NCBI GenBank assembly: GCA_038231455.1
Contig: JBBRLI010000004.1
Span: 64,001-128,000 of the forward strand
Source: Vulcanimicrobiales bacterium
GTDB taxonomy: Bacteria > Vulcanimicrobiota > Vulcanimicrobiia > Vulcanimicrobiales > Vulcanimicrobiaceae
DNA: 64,000 nt
Reading direction: 5' to 3'
Below the pieces are notes generated by a model. It made no database searches. It was not told where the DNA came from and was given only the letters and a program-made list of their open reading frames with translations. Shown in pieces: positions 39,934 to 48,803 of the stretch. Made by a program: the position numbers and the translations under genes. How positions within the stretch are numbered: position 1 is the first letter of the stretch; the number at the start of each line of letters is the position of its first letter.

Positions 39934-41384
39934 GGTGATTTGAGGTTCGCCGCGCCAAGGTCGAGCGCGGCGAACGGAATCACTTCGACGTCGCTGTACA
40001 CGGCACGAATGCCGGGCGCGAATTTCGCTGCATCGCCGACGAGCACCACAAAGGGCTTGTCGGCGATATATTTTTTCGAGAACGCGGCAATCGCCGCGGC
40101 GTCGATTGCATTCACGTGCGGGATGAACGTGCCGATATCGGCCAGCGGCACGCCGTTGAGCGCAAGGTCGCCGAACGTTCCGGCGATGCCGTCGATCGTC
40201 TCGATGCCGCGATAGAAGTCACCGGTGACCGTTGCCTTGCGCGGAGCGAGTTCCTCAGCCGGAACCGGCGTATCGGCAAGCGATGCGAGCGTATCGAGCA
40301 CGACCTTCGTGCCTTCGACCACTTTGGTGTGGTCGACGAGCGTTGCGGCCGTAAAGACGCCGGAATCTTTGCGCGCACCAAGACTCGCGCCCGCGCCGTA
40401 CGAGAGTCCGCGTTTGACGCGCACTTCCTGGTTGAGGCGACCGGAGAATCCGGAGAGCACCGCAGTCGAGACGACGCCCGCGTAGTAATTCGGATCGAGA
40501 CGCGCAACCGATGCGCGCCCGGCGACAATCGCCGTGCGACCGGCATCGGGTTTATCGATGATGATGACGCGCGAGCGCGCGGGCACGGGGGTCGAGACGG
40601 GCGCAGCGACGAGTGCCGTCGCCGGTTTCGTCCAGCCACCGAGCACGCGCGTGACGAGCGCGATCGCCGCATCCGGTGCAATGTCGCCGCCGATAACGAG
40701 TAAGGCGTTATCCGGACGATACGCGCTTGCGTGAAACGCGACGACGTCATCGCGCGTGAGGGCTTTGAGCGAGCTTGCCGTTCCGCTCAGCGGGTGCGCG
40801 TACGGTGATGCGCCGTACGCGACGCGGCCGGCAACGAGTCGCGCAAGCGAACTCGGCGAACTATAACCGAGCTGCAGATCGCTAATCGATTTCGTCCGCA
40901 CGCGCTCGACTTCGGCCGCCGCGAACGCCGGATGCAGCACGACATCGGCAAAGAGATCGAACGCCGCCGGAAACGTCGGTGTCGTCGCGCTCACGCTCAC
41001 AAGCGATGCATCGTAACCCGCACCCGCATTGAGCCGCGCGCCAAGCGCATCGACGGCTTGCGAGATGGCAAGCGCGCCGCGCGTTTTCGTGCCCGAGGTC
41101 AGGAGCGTCGAGGTCATGTTCGCAAGGCCGGCGTGCGCTTCGTCTTCCGACGAACCACCGCTACGCACGATGAGCTGTGCGGCGATGAGCGGCACGCTCT
41201 GGGCTTTTGGCTGCGATTTCACTTGGAAAGCGATAACGCGTAGGCCGTTGGGTAGCGTCGCTTCTTGCGCGGTCGGCAGCACGGCGGTGCGGACGGGTCC
41301 GGGCAGCGGCGGGGTTTGGACCTGTTGGGCGCTCACGGCCATCGGTAATCCTACGATCAAGAGAAGGGCGGCGATCGACTTCAC
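39930..41384 (-). CDS. M16 peptidase family, non-catalytic subunit with signal peptide
   Basis: LPNGLRV, EVRVKRGLSYG; no HxxEH. Confidence 0.85.
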   Translation of the reverse strand: MKSIAALLLIVGLPMAVSAQQVQTPPLPGPVRTAVLPTAQEATLPNGLRVIAFQVKSQPKAQSVPLIAAQLIVRSGGSSEDEAHAGLANMTSTLLTSGTKTRGALAISQAVDALGARLNAGAGYDASLVSVSATTPTFPAAFDLFADVVLHPAFAAAEVERVRTKSISDLQLGYSSPSSLARLVAGRVAYGASPYAHPLSGTASSLKALTRDDVVAFHASAYRPDNALLVIGGDIAPDAAIALVTRVLGGWTKPATALVAAPVSTPVPARSRVIIIDKPDAGRTAIVAGRASVARLDPNYYAGVVSTAVLSGFSGRLNQEVRVKRGLSYGAGASLGARKDSGVFTAATLVDHTKVVEGTKVVLDTLASLADTPVPAEELAPRKATVTGDFYRGIETIDGIAGTFGDLALNGVPLADIGTFIPHVNAIDAAAIAAFSKKYIADKPFVVLVGDAAKFAPGIRAVYSDVEVIPFAALDLGAANLKSP

Positions 41385-42718
41385 TTCGGCAGATACTCCA
41401 CCACGGTGCGGTTGGTCGGCACGAAGTATTTCTTCGCGACGCGCGTGATGTCGGCGGGCGTGACCGCTTGCAGCTTCGCAAGATCGGAATTCACCAGCGC
41501 CGGGTCGCCGCGATAGACGACCGCACGCACGAGTGCAAGCGCAATGCCTTGATACGTCGCACGCGAACGCACGAGCGAACTTGCAATCTGCGTTTTGGCT
41601 TTGTCGAGTTCGGCTGCATCGACCGGCGTCGTCTGCAGATGTGCGATCTCCACGTCGAGCGAGGCGTGCGCGTCGCTGAGGGCTTTGCCTTTATTGAGGA
41701 TCGTGCGGAACGTGAAGAGTCCGGGCTGCTGGCGCGCATCGAAACCCGCGTACGCACCCGAGGCGAGCTGCTGATCGTACACCAGCGCCCGATAGAGGCG
41801 CGAACTCTTGCCTGCGCCGAGGATCGTCTCGATCACATCGAGGGCTTCTGCATCGGGGGCGCTTGCCGCCGGAACGTGATACGCATATTCGAGCGCGGGC
41901 AGCGGCACGTTGTTGCCGTGATAGGTGAAGCGCCGCTCTTCGGTTTGCTTGGGTTCCACCACGCTCACGCGCGGCACCGTGCCCGCGGGCTTCACGATCG
42001 GCCCGAAGTATTTGTCGATCCACGCGTTCGTCTGCGCCGGATCGAAATCGCCGACCACGACGAGCACGGCGTTGTCGGGACGATAGTACGTCGTATGGAA
42101 GGCGACGACATCATCGAGCGTGGCGGCGTGCAAGTTGTCGGGATCGCCGATCACGCCGCGCCGATAGGGATGCGTGGTGTACGCTTCGCGATCGACGAGT
42201 TCTCCGAGCATGCCGTACGGTTCGGCAAGCACGCTCTGGCCGTACTCACCGATCACGACCTCGCGCTCGGTCAGGAAGTTCGCTTGCGTTACGTTGAGTG
42301 AGGCAAGACGATCGGCTTCGGCCCACAGCAGCGTCTCGAGATAATTTGCCGGCACCACTTCGTAGTAATTCGTGATGTCTTCGGCGGTGAAGGCGTTGTT
42401 GTAACCGCCCACGTCTTCGGTCAGCCGGTCCATCGTCTCGGACTTGGTGTTGGCCGTGCCTTTGAACATCAGATGTTCGAAGAGATGGGCAAAGCCCGAG
42501 CGGCCCGGCGGATCGTCTTTGCCGCCGACGCGGTAGCCGACGTTGATCGCAACCGACGGCACGCGATGATCCTCGACCAGGAGCACGCGCAGGCCGTTGG
42601 GGAGGGTCCGGTCGGTAAAGCTAAGGGGGGCGAGAACGATCGCCGCCGCCGTTGGTAGGGTCGTCAGCGACATCCATCCGATTCCGAGAATGAGGGCAAA
42701 GAGCCGAGAAAGGCGCAT
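41381..42718 (-). CDS. M16 zinc peptidase, catalytic subunit with signal peptide
   Basis: AHLFEHLMFKG, NAFT, YYRPDNA. Confidence 0.92.
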   Translation of the reverse strand: MRLSRLFALILGIGWMSLTTLPTAAAIVLAPLSFTDRTLPNGLRVLLVEDHRVPSVAINVGYRVGGKDDPPGRSGFAHLFEHLMFKGTANTKSETMDRLTEDVGGYNNAFTAEDITNYYEVVPANYLETLLWAEADRLASLNVTQANFLTEREVVIGEYGQSVLAEPYGMLGELVDREAYTTHPYRRGVIGDPDNLHAATLDDVVAFHTTYYRPDNAVLVVVGDFDPAQTNAWIDKYFGPIVKPAGTVPRVSVVEPKQTEERRFTYHGNNVPLPALEYAYHVPAASAPDAEALDVIETILGAGKSSRLYRALVYDQQLASGAYAGFDARQQPGLFTFRTILNKGKALSDAHASLDVEIAHLQTTPVDAAELDKAKTQIASSLVRSRATYQGIALALVRAVVYRGDPALVNSDLAKLQAVTPADITRVAKKYFVPTNRTVVEYLPK

Positions 42719-42763
42719 CGGCCGACGATTCCCCCGGGACCTCCGGTGTCCTCGGTCCATCGC

Positions 42764-42792
42764 TTGACATCGAACATACGTTCGATTATGGT
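42764..42792 (+). promoter_or_regulatory. SOS promoter of imuA with LexA box in the spacer
   Basis: TTGACA-tcgaacatacgttcgat-TATGGT; palindrome ATCGAAC-ATAC-GTTCGAT 42769-42786. Confidence 0.9.
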
Positions 42793-42801
42793 GGGTGTCC
42801 C

Positions 42802-43575
42802 ATGGCCGTCAATCCGGCGTTCGCCGCCCTGCGCGAAGCCTTCGACACCCGTCATCGCGAGACGAGTGCGGCCGCCTTTGTCCTGGGCGAAGATGCCATC
42901 GTGAAGACCGGATTTGCGGATTTGGACCGGGTGCTGGGCGGCGGATTTCCACGTGGGGTCATCTCCACGCTCGAAGGGTCGCCGAGCGGCGGCCGCACGG
43001 CGATCGCCGCTCGTCTGCTCGCGACGGCGACCACCCGCAGCCTGGGCGCGATCATCGGCGATGAACTCTATCCGCCCTCGCTTGCGGCCGCCGGGGTCAA
43101 TCTCGAGCGCCTGATGATCGTGCCGGTGAGCGAGCCGATCCAGATCGCCCGCGCTGCGGATATCGTGGTGCGTTCGGGTGCGTTCACGGTCGTCATCATC
43201 CCGACGCTCCCCAGCGGCCGCGGCACAGGCGCCGCCACCTGGACGCGCCTGGCCAGTCTCGCTCACCGCAGCAATACGCTGCTCGTGGCGCTTGGGGTTG
43301 AAGCCTCAAGCGAACTGCGCTACTTCGCCTCGGTGCGGTTGGAACTGGCGATCGAGCGCGTACGCTGGAACGGCCCCTCAGGTCCCTATGGGGAGCTCGC
43401 CGGTTACGACATCCGCGCGCTCGTCAAAAAGCACAAGCGCGCAGCACCCGGCGCAAACGCGCTCGTCTCATGCGGGACTTTCGAGGACCGCCCGATCTTC
43501 ACCGAAACGCGCGAACGCGCGATCGCCGAAGACCACCAGCCGCACTACGCGCGCCCGCGCATTCGCTCCGCGTAG
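42802..43575 (+). CDS. imuA: RecA-like mutagenesis accessory protein ImuA
   Basis: TGFADLDRVLGGGFPRG, degenerate Walker A GSPSGGRT, YPPSLAAAGVNLERL; SOS box upstream. Confidence 0.82.
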   Translation: MAVNPAFAALREAFDTRHRETSAAAFVLGEDAIVKTGFADLDRVLGGGFPRGVISTLEGSPSGGRTAIAARLLATATTRSLGAIIGDELYPPSLAAAGVNLERLMIVPVSEPIQIARAADIVVRSGAFTVVIIPTLPSGRGTGAATWTRLASLAHRSNTLLVALGVEASSELRYFASVRLELAIERVRWNGPSGPYGELAGYDIRALVKKHKRAAPGANALVSCGTFEDRPIFTETRERAIAEDHQPHYARPRIRSA

Positions 43576-43577
43576 CT

Positions 43578-43832
43578 TTAGGGCGCGAGAATCTCCTCGA
43601 GCGTTGCACGGCGGTCGACGACAACGGTCGAGGCCGGTCGATCGACCCAAGCGCGCGTGACCGTCACCGCGCGCTTGGGACACACGTCGAGACAATCGCA
43701 CGCAACGACGCGGACGTCTTTACGCCCGTCTTTCTTGAGCGCGGCCTTCAAGTCGCGACGCAATCGCTTGCCGCCATCGCACGATTCACAAACGAAGAGC
43801 AGATCGCGATTTTTTACGGATTGCACGGACAT
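43578..43832 (-). CDS. Small Cys-rich protein, thioredoxin-like [2Fe-2S] ferredoxin-like
   Basis: FVCESC...CDCLDVCP pattern. Confidence 0.55.
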   Translation of the reverse strand: MSVQSVKNRDLLFVCESCDGGKRLRRDLKAALKKDGRKDVRVVACDCLDVCPKRAVTVTRAWVDRPASTVVVDRRATLEEILAP

Positions 43833-43899
43833 CTGGCATCCGTACCATCGCATCAGCATCCGCAAACAAAAAATAGCCGCGAGCGGCTTGGAAACCGAT

Positions 43900-44121
43900 C
43901 TACGAGGTTACGGTAATCGTAACGAGTTCGTGGATCGAAGGTTTAGGAACCGGCAAGCCCTCAGCACGCAATGTATCGAGGTAATCGGTAATTGCACCCG
44001 GAGCGTCGTCTAACAATGCTTCACGAGTATCGCCAATCAAAAGAAGACCGGGCAAATCAGGTGCGAGTGCAGCCCAGCCATCACCACGTTCATTCTTCTC
44101 GATGAGAATCGTATACGTCAT
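43900..44121 (-). CDS. hicB: HicB-family antitoxin (short form, 73 aa)
   Basis: YTILIE...PDLPG...GDTRE...YL...G.PVP; ATGA overlap with hicA. Confidence 0.88.
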   Translation of the reverse strand: MTYTILIEKNERGDGWAALAPDLPGLLLIGDTREALLDDAPGAITDYLDTLRAEGLPVPKPSIHELVTITVTS

Positions 44122-44321
44122 CGCGGTCTCCATTTTCCCTCGATTTGTTTCAAGATTACTCTCCGTATTCCCCGCGGTAGATCGCGGTTTCCATGAACCG
44201 GAATTGAAAGCAGATACGGATACTCAGGGTGCTTAAAAATCCAATGACTCGCTTTCGATCCAATTCGCAAGAATTGCCAACCGCAACTATCGGCATAAGC
44301 GATAAGAGCACGAGCATTCAT
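44118..44321 (-). CDS. hicA: HicA-family mRNA interferase toxin (67 aa)
   Basis: GW..LR...SH..FKHP, IPVHGNRDLPRG...ILKQ. Confidence 0.88.
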   Translation of the reverse strand: MNARALIAYADSCGWQFLRIGSKASHWIFKHPEYPYLLSIPVHGNRDLPRGIRRVILKQIEGKWRPR

Positions 44322-44386
44322 TGTTGCAACGTCGTTCTGAAAAGCACGAACGAACCGTAGCTTTGCCTTGTTACCTCGCCATTTCC

Positions 44387-44420
44387 AAAAGAAAAACGCG
44401 CCGTCCCCAAGGGCGGCGCG
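44387..44420 (-). terminator. Intrinsic terminator downstream of the secreted-protein gene
   Basis: CGCGCCGTCC-ccaa-GGGCGGCGCG preceded on plus strand by AAAAGAAAAA (U-tract on minus). Confidence 0.75.
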
Positions 44421-44441
44421 CTTGCTTATGACTGCTGGATT

Positions 44442-44759
44442 TTAGAGGCCGGGCTGGTCGGCGCGGTTGTGTTTGGTGAAGTAGACGCCGTTTGAGGTGC
44501 GGTTGAGCTCGCGATTGAGTTTTGCGCGCTGCGCCGGTGAGAGATTCTTATTGTCGATCGAATGGTCGCGCTGACGGCGGATGCTGTTGAGACGGCGTTC
44601 GTCGACGGTGTATTCGTGGCGCGTGAGCTGACCCGACTGCACGCCTTGATTGATGCGGTCTTGTTGGTTCTCGATGCGGTTATGGAGTTCGCCGGCGTTC
44701 GCGGCGAGCGGCAGTGCGATGAGGGCGGCGACGAGGGCGGTTGAAAAAAGTTTGATCAT
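44442..44759 (-). CDS. Secreted helical protein (105 aa)
   Basis: Signal peptide ending ANA; NQQDRINQGVQSGQLT..E motif; GGAG SD. Confidence 0.75.
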   Translation of the reverse strand: MIKLFSTALVAALIALPLAANAGELHNRIENQQDRINQGVQSGQLTRHEYTVDERRLNSIRRQRDHSIDNKNLSPAQRAKLNRELNRTSNGVYFTKHNRADQPGL

Positions 44760-45023
44760 TGCAGAAACTCCGTGAGTGCTTGCCCAGTACATGTGAGCGA
44801 GTGATGGATTGAACCCGCTGTACGCGGATTCAATCCGCTAGATGACTCGACAACGACCGCGATCTGCATCGCATTACCGAAGCCGGACACATCTCACCCA
44901 AGCCTAAGCACGCTCTTGCCGCGCGTTCATTTTCCATGTCCGAACCGAGCAAACGGCAAGCTTTCTTAGCTCACGGAACACCAACCGACTTCTCACCCGT
45001 CTCTAAAGCGAAACATTTCCAAC

Positions 45024-45047
45024 TGTGCTACTATATCTTTAGTTGCA
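45024..45047 (+). promoter_or_regulatory. Extended -10 promoter with ACTA-N6-TAGT palindrome
   Basis: TGTGC-TACTAT; TGCTACTA-tatctt-TAGTTGCA, same core and spacing as site at 32770-32791. Confidence 0.55.
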
Positions 45048-45087
45048 AGCCCGATCGGCCCGATTGAGGCCACTGGAAAGGACAACC

Positions 45088-45195
45088 ATGAGACTCGCAA
45101 CCACCCGCCCCGAACCGCCGCGCGAGAATCGCGTACTTACGAACCGGCCCGTAGCGAACGTGCCCTTTGGGGGCTGGGGTCCGCGTCTGGGGTAG
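45088..45195 (+). CDS. Unannotated 35-aa peptide, FGGWGP family copy 2 (MRLATTRPEPPRENRVLTNRPVANVPFGGWGPRLG)
   Basis: GAAAGGAC SD-like before ATG; similar to 32629-32748; overlaps the 3' tail of the convergent MFS ORF by 59 nt. Confidence 0.7.
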   Translation: MRLATTRPEPPRENRVLTNRPVANVPFGGWGPRLG

Positions 45196-46330
45196 CCGCA
45201 AAGCGTGCGAGCACCAGTGCCGCGCACGCGATGAAACCGAACGCCGTCGCACAGACGCCCGTCCAGTTCCACCACTGCCAGGCAACGGCGCCCACGAACG
45301 ACCCCACCGCCCCACCCGAAAACGTCACGAACATATACGTTGTATTGAGTCGGCTCCGAGCCGAATCGTCGAGCGCGAAAATGCGCGACTGATTCGAGAT
45401 CTGATTCGACTGCATCCCGATCGCAAACACGATCGCGCCGATGATGAAGAACGCAACGACGTTCGCGCCGCTCCAGTAGATCGTCCAGGCGATCCCGAGC
45501 ATGACCAGTGCGAACGCACCCGTGACCACATTCCCGTACTTATCGGCAAACGTGCCGACGTTGACGGCAATGAATGCACCGATCATTGCGGTGAGTCCGA
45601 GGGATCCGACGAACGCCGGGCCGAGGCCCATCGATGCGAGATGAAACGGAACCGTCGTCCAAAACGCACTGAACGTGGCAAATGCGCAGAAGCCAAGCGC
45701 GCAGGAAACGCGGAGTGCGCGATGTTCGCGTAAGAGCGGCGCAAGCGATGCCAGCAATTGCCCGTACTTGAGTTTATTGTGACCGCGGTGAACCGGAAGC
45801 GCGCGCCACATGGCAATCGCAGCGAGGGCACTCGCACCGCTGCCGAACCAAAACACCGGACGCCAACCAAAATGTCCGCCGATGAATCCACCGACTACGC
45901 GCGCGAAGATAATGCCCATGATCACGCCCGTCTGCACCTGCGCGATCACGCGACCGCGTTTGTCGTCGCTTGCAAGATCGGCCGCAAACGGAATGAGGAT
46001 TTGCGCGGTAATCGAGGTGATACCGGCGATAAATCCCGCTATTGCAAGCACGAAAAGATTCGGTGCAAGCGCGCAGCCCGCAAGCGCGATGACGGAGACG
46101 GACGCAAGCGCAACGCAGAGCGTGCGCCGCTCGGCAATATCGCCGAACGGAACGAAAAACAAAATCCCCAGCGCATAACCCACTTGAATGGCGACGGCGA
46201 CGAGACCGACGTCTTTGGGTGATGCGCCGAAGGTGTGCGCGATTTCCGCGAGGACCGGCTGCGCGTAATAGATGTTCGCAACCGCGACCCCGGATGCAAT
46301 CGCCTTGACGAGGACGGTTTGTGGGGTCAT
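45137..46330 (-). CDS. MFS transporter
   Basis: VANIYYAQP, GYALG..F.VPFGD..ERR, RSRLNT.YM; about 12 TM. Confidence 0.9.
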   Translation of the reverse strand: MTPQTVLVKAIASGVAVANIYYAQPVLAEIAHTFGASPKDVGLVAVAIQVGYALGILFFVPFGDIAERRTLCVALASVSVIALAGCALAPNLFVLAIAGFIAGITSITAQILIPFAADLASDDKRGRVIAQVQTGVIMGIIFARVVGGFIGGHFGWRPVFWFGSGASALAAIAMWRALPVHRGHNKLKYGQLLASLAPLLREHRALRVSCALGFCAFATFSAFWTTVPFHLASMGLGPAFVGSLGLTAMIGAFIAVNVGTFADKYGNVVTGAFALVMLGIAWTIYWSGANVVAFFIIGAIVFAIGMQSNQISNQSRIFALDDSARSRLNTTYMFVTFSGGAVGSFVGAVAWQWWNWTGVCATAFGFIACAALVLARFAATPDADPSPQRARSLRAGS

Positions 46331-46354
46331 TGGCTGCGGTTTTAAACGCGCGCT

Positions 46355-46798
46355 TTAGAACATCCGGTTATAGACGAAAAAGACCTCATCGCGGACGTAG
46401 CCCGCGCGCTCGTACAGCCGCTGCGCGACGTGATTGTTGACCGCGGTACTCAAGGTCAGTCCGACCGCATCGTCCTCGCGTGCGAACCGCTCCGCTGCCG
46501 CCATCAGCGCCGCGCCGACGCCTTCGGTGCGCACGTAGGGATCGACGAAGAGATCGTTGAGAATCCATATCCGCTGCACCTGCGCGCTATCGAACGACGG
46601 ATAGAGCTGCACGAAGCCGATCGCCGCGTTATTGCCGTCCCGGGCAAGAAAAATAACCGACTCGTCACGAGCCAGCCGTTCGGTGATGAAGTTGTGCGAG
46701 GCTTGCAGATTGCTCGCAGCCTTATAGAAGACGCGATACGCATCAAAGAGCGGGGCGATCGCATCGACCTCATGCTGGGCGGCGCGGGCGATCGTCAT
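46355..46798 (-). CDS. GNAT-family acetyltransferase
   Basis: LFDAYRVFY, GFVQLYP, WILNDLFV, N..AQRLYE..GY. Confidence 0.9.
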   Translation of the reverse strand: MTIARAAQHEVDAIAPLFDAYRVFYKAASNLQASHNFITERLARDESVIFLARDGNNAAIGFVQLYPSFDSAQVQRIWILNDLFVDPYVRTEGVGAALMAAAERFAREDDAVGLTLSTAVNNHVAQRLYERAGYVRDEVFFVYNRMF

Positions 46799-46883
46799 CG
46801 GGGCAAGCGGCAAAAAACCATACCGTGTGATTCAACGCACATAGCGCGAGGCTTGTTCGCATCGCGGGACTTCCGGCCCCACA

Positions 46884-46912
46884 TTGACATCGAACATACG
46901 TTCGATTACACT
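46884..46912 (+). promoter_or_regulatory. SOS promoter of imuB with LexA box in the spacer
   Basis: TTGACA-tcgaacatacgttcgat-TACACT; palindrome 46889-46906. Confidence 0.9.
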
Positions 46913-46921
46913 TCGTCTCCC

Positions 46922-48406
46922 ATGCCGGTTCTTGCGGTCCTCATCCCCGCCTACAAGCTCGCGGTCGCGCGGCGGGATACGGCTGTTGGCGAAGGGCCCG
47001 TGCTCGTCGCCGACAAGCGCGAGCGTGGCCGCGTCGTCGAGTGTTCGGCTGCGGCAGCCGCACTTGGCGCGCGGCGCGGGATGACGCTCGTTCAAGCGCA
47101 AGCCGTCGCCCGCGATGCGCTCACCCTCATCGACGATGCCGCCACCGGCACGGCACTCTGGAGCGAACTGCTCGATGCGCTCGATGCGGCATCACCGCTC
47201 GTCGAAGATGCGGGCGAAGGCTGTGCGTACCTGGAGATGCACGGGATCGAGGGCGGTGCCCCGGGCTGGCTGGCCGCCGTTCGCGAGACGCTCGCCGGGT
47301 TCGATCTCCCCATCCGCTTGGGGCTGGGGTCGAGCAAATTTGTTGCCCGCGCGGCGGCGATGATCGCCGACGGCACGATCGCGCAGGCCGACGCGCGTAC
47401 GCTCCTCGCCCCCCTCCCGCTCGAACTCTTAGAATGCCCGCCGGGCGTGCTCGACCGGCTGCGTCTGCTCGGCGTTACGACGCTCGGCGAACTCGCCGCA
47501 CTTCCGCACGGCCCGTTCGTGCGCCGGTTCGGCACCGAGGGTGCGCGCTGGCATGCCTTGGCGCGCGGCTTCGACGATGCGCCGCTCGTGCCGCGGCCGC
47601 GTGCGATGAAGATCGATCGCGCCCGCTACGGCGAGGGGACGGCCGAATCCGAGGAAGCGGTGCTTTTCGCGCTGCGAGGCCTTGTCGCCGAGGTCGTCGC
47701 CGATCTCGAACTGGCCGGTAAACGCTGCGGCCGCCTCATGCTCACGCTGGAATGTGAAGACGGCGAGACGCACGACGTGACCACCAGCGTCGCCCAGCCC
47801 ACCGCGCAGCCGCACACGCTCTTCGAACTCTTACGTGCGCGGCTCGAAGGGTTGCGCCTGAGCGCGCCGGTCATCGGCGCACGTCTGTCGGCGGGAGCGC
47901 TGGAGAACGGCGGGGTTCCCCTCACGCTCTTTGCCGGCAGCGACCCCGACCCCGAGGCGCTGGGCCTCGTGCTCGCACGCTTGGATGCGGCGCTTGGGGA
48001 GCATCGCGCGCTGCGTGCGCGGGTGATTGCGGGGACGCGGCCCGAGCAGCGCTACGCCATCGAGCCGTTTACGATCGAGACGCTGGTGACGAAAACCTGG
48101 ATGGCGCTGCCGCCGGGCATGAGCGCGCTCCCCCCGCAGGCAACGCTCCAGTACCGGGCCCGCGATCCCGTGCCGATCGCGGTGAGCCTCGACCGTGGTC
48201 GACCGGCTTTCGTCGGCACGCCGCCGCAGGCGGTGCTGGAGTTCGGGGGGCCCTGGCGGGTCGATGAGGCCTGGTGGTCGCGCGCAACCGGCGCCGGCAC
48301 GATCTCGCTCGAGCGCGACGACTACGACGTGCTCCTCGAAGACGGGGCGCTCTACCGGATCGCCTGCTCCGGCGGCGCCTGGACGCTCTGCGGGACGTAT
48401 GACTGA
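46922..48406 (+). CDS. imuB: Inactive Y-family polymerase-like protein ImuB (494 aa)
   Basis: AAAALGARRGMTL.QA, SPLVE, LG..TLGELAALP...RRFG; C-terminal GPWRVDEAWW...RDDY...W...G.YD. Confidence 0.88.
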   Translation: MPVLAVLIPAYKLAVARRDTAVGEGPVLVADKRERGRVVECSAAAAALGARRGMTLVQAQAVARDALTLIDDAATGTALWSELLDALDAASPLVEDAGEGCAYLEMHGIEGGAPGWLAAVRETLAGFDLPIRLGLGSSKFVARAAAMIADGTIAQADARTLLAPLPLELLECPPGVLDRLRLLGVTTLGELAALPHGPFVRRFGTEGARWHALARGFDDAPLVPRPRAMKIDRARYGEGTAESEEAVLFALRGLVAEVVADLELAGKRCGRLMLTLECEDGETHDVTTSVAQPTAQPHTLFELLRARLEGLRLSAPVIGARLSAGALENGGVPLTLFAGSDPDPEALGLVLARLDAALGEHRALRARVIAGTRPEQRYAIEPFTIETLVTKTWMALPPGMSALPPQATLQYRARDPVPIAVSLDRGRPAFVGTPPQAVLEFGGPWRVDEAWWSRATGAGTISLERDDYDVLLEDGALYRIACSGGAWTLCGTYD

Positions 48407-48426
48407 AAAATTTTCATCCCGGCCGC

Positions 48427-48453
48427 TAAGGTTGCCCAGCAATGTGCCGATAC
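48427..48453 (+). promoter_or_regulatory. Putative sigma28 (FliA/SigD/WhiG-type) promoter
   Basis: TAAG-N15-GCCGATAC versus consensus TAAA-N15-GCCGATAA. Confidence 0.6.
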
Positions 48454-48584
48454 AAGTAGTGGTTGAGGTAATTCGGTCCACGCTTAGAAGCGGGCCGGGT
48501 TTTCCGTTCTACCAGCCACCGACCACCAGCGTCCCTCACTTATGAGAACGCTCGGTTTCTCATGGACTTGCGTGCACGACACCC

Positions 48585-48725
48585 ATGGCATACGTGACCC
48601 TCGCGAACATCTGTCTCTTCGGTTCAACCGTTATCACGCTAGCGACGATTGCGTCGATCGCGTTCGATCGTGCCCCGACCGTACGCAAACGCCCTCTGCC
48701 CGAACGTTTTTCCCGGTCGCGGTAA
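48585..48725 (+). CDS. Putative 46-aa membrane peptide (MAYVTLANICLFGSTVITLATIASIAFDRAPTVRKRPLPERFSRSR)
   Basis: Hydrophobic N-terminal stretch and basic tail; no clear SD; embedded in structured region. Confidence 0.45.
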   Translation: MAYVTLANICLFGSTVITLATIASIAFDRAPTVRKRPLPERFSRSR

Positions 48726-48803
48726 CGCACGCGACCCGCATGAGTCGAAACGCGAAATGCGTTCACCGACTCCGATGAGCGTGCTGGTCACACGCTCGTC
48801 CAC

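Noticed and set aside
39930-42718. M16 peptidase pair as the processing enzyme for the FGGWGP peptides
   Set aside because: Only proximity supports it; such M16 pairs are common housekeeping genes and no shared operator was seen
46430-46921. N-terminal extension of imuB in the ORF track
   Set aside because: Overlaps the GNAT gene antisense and runs through the SOS promoter; true start is most likely 46922
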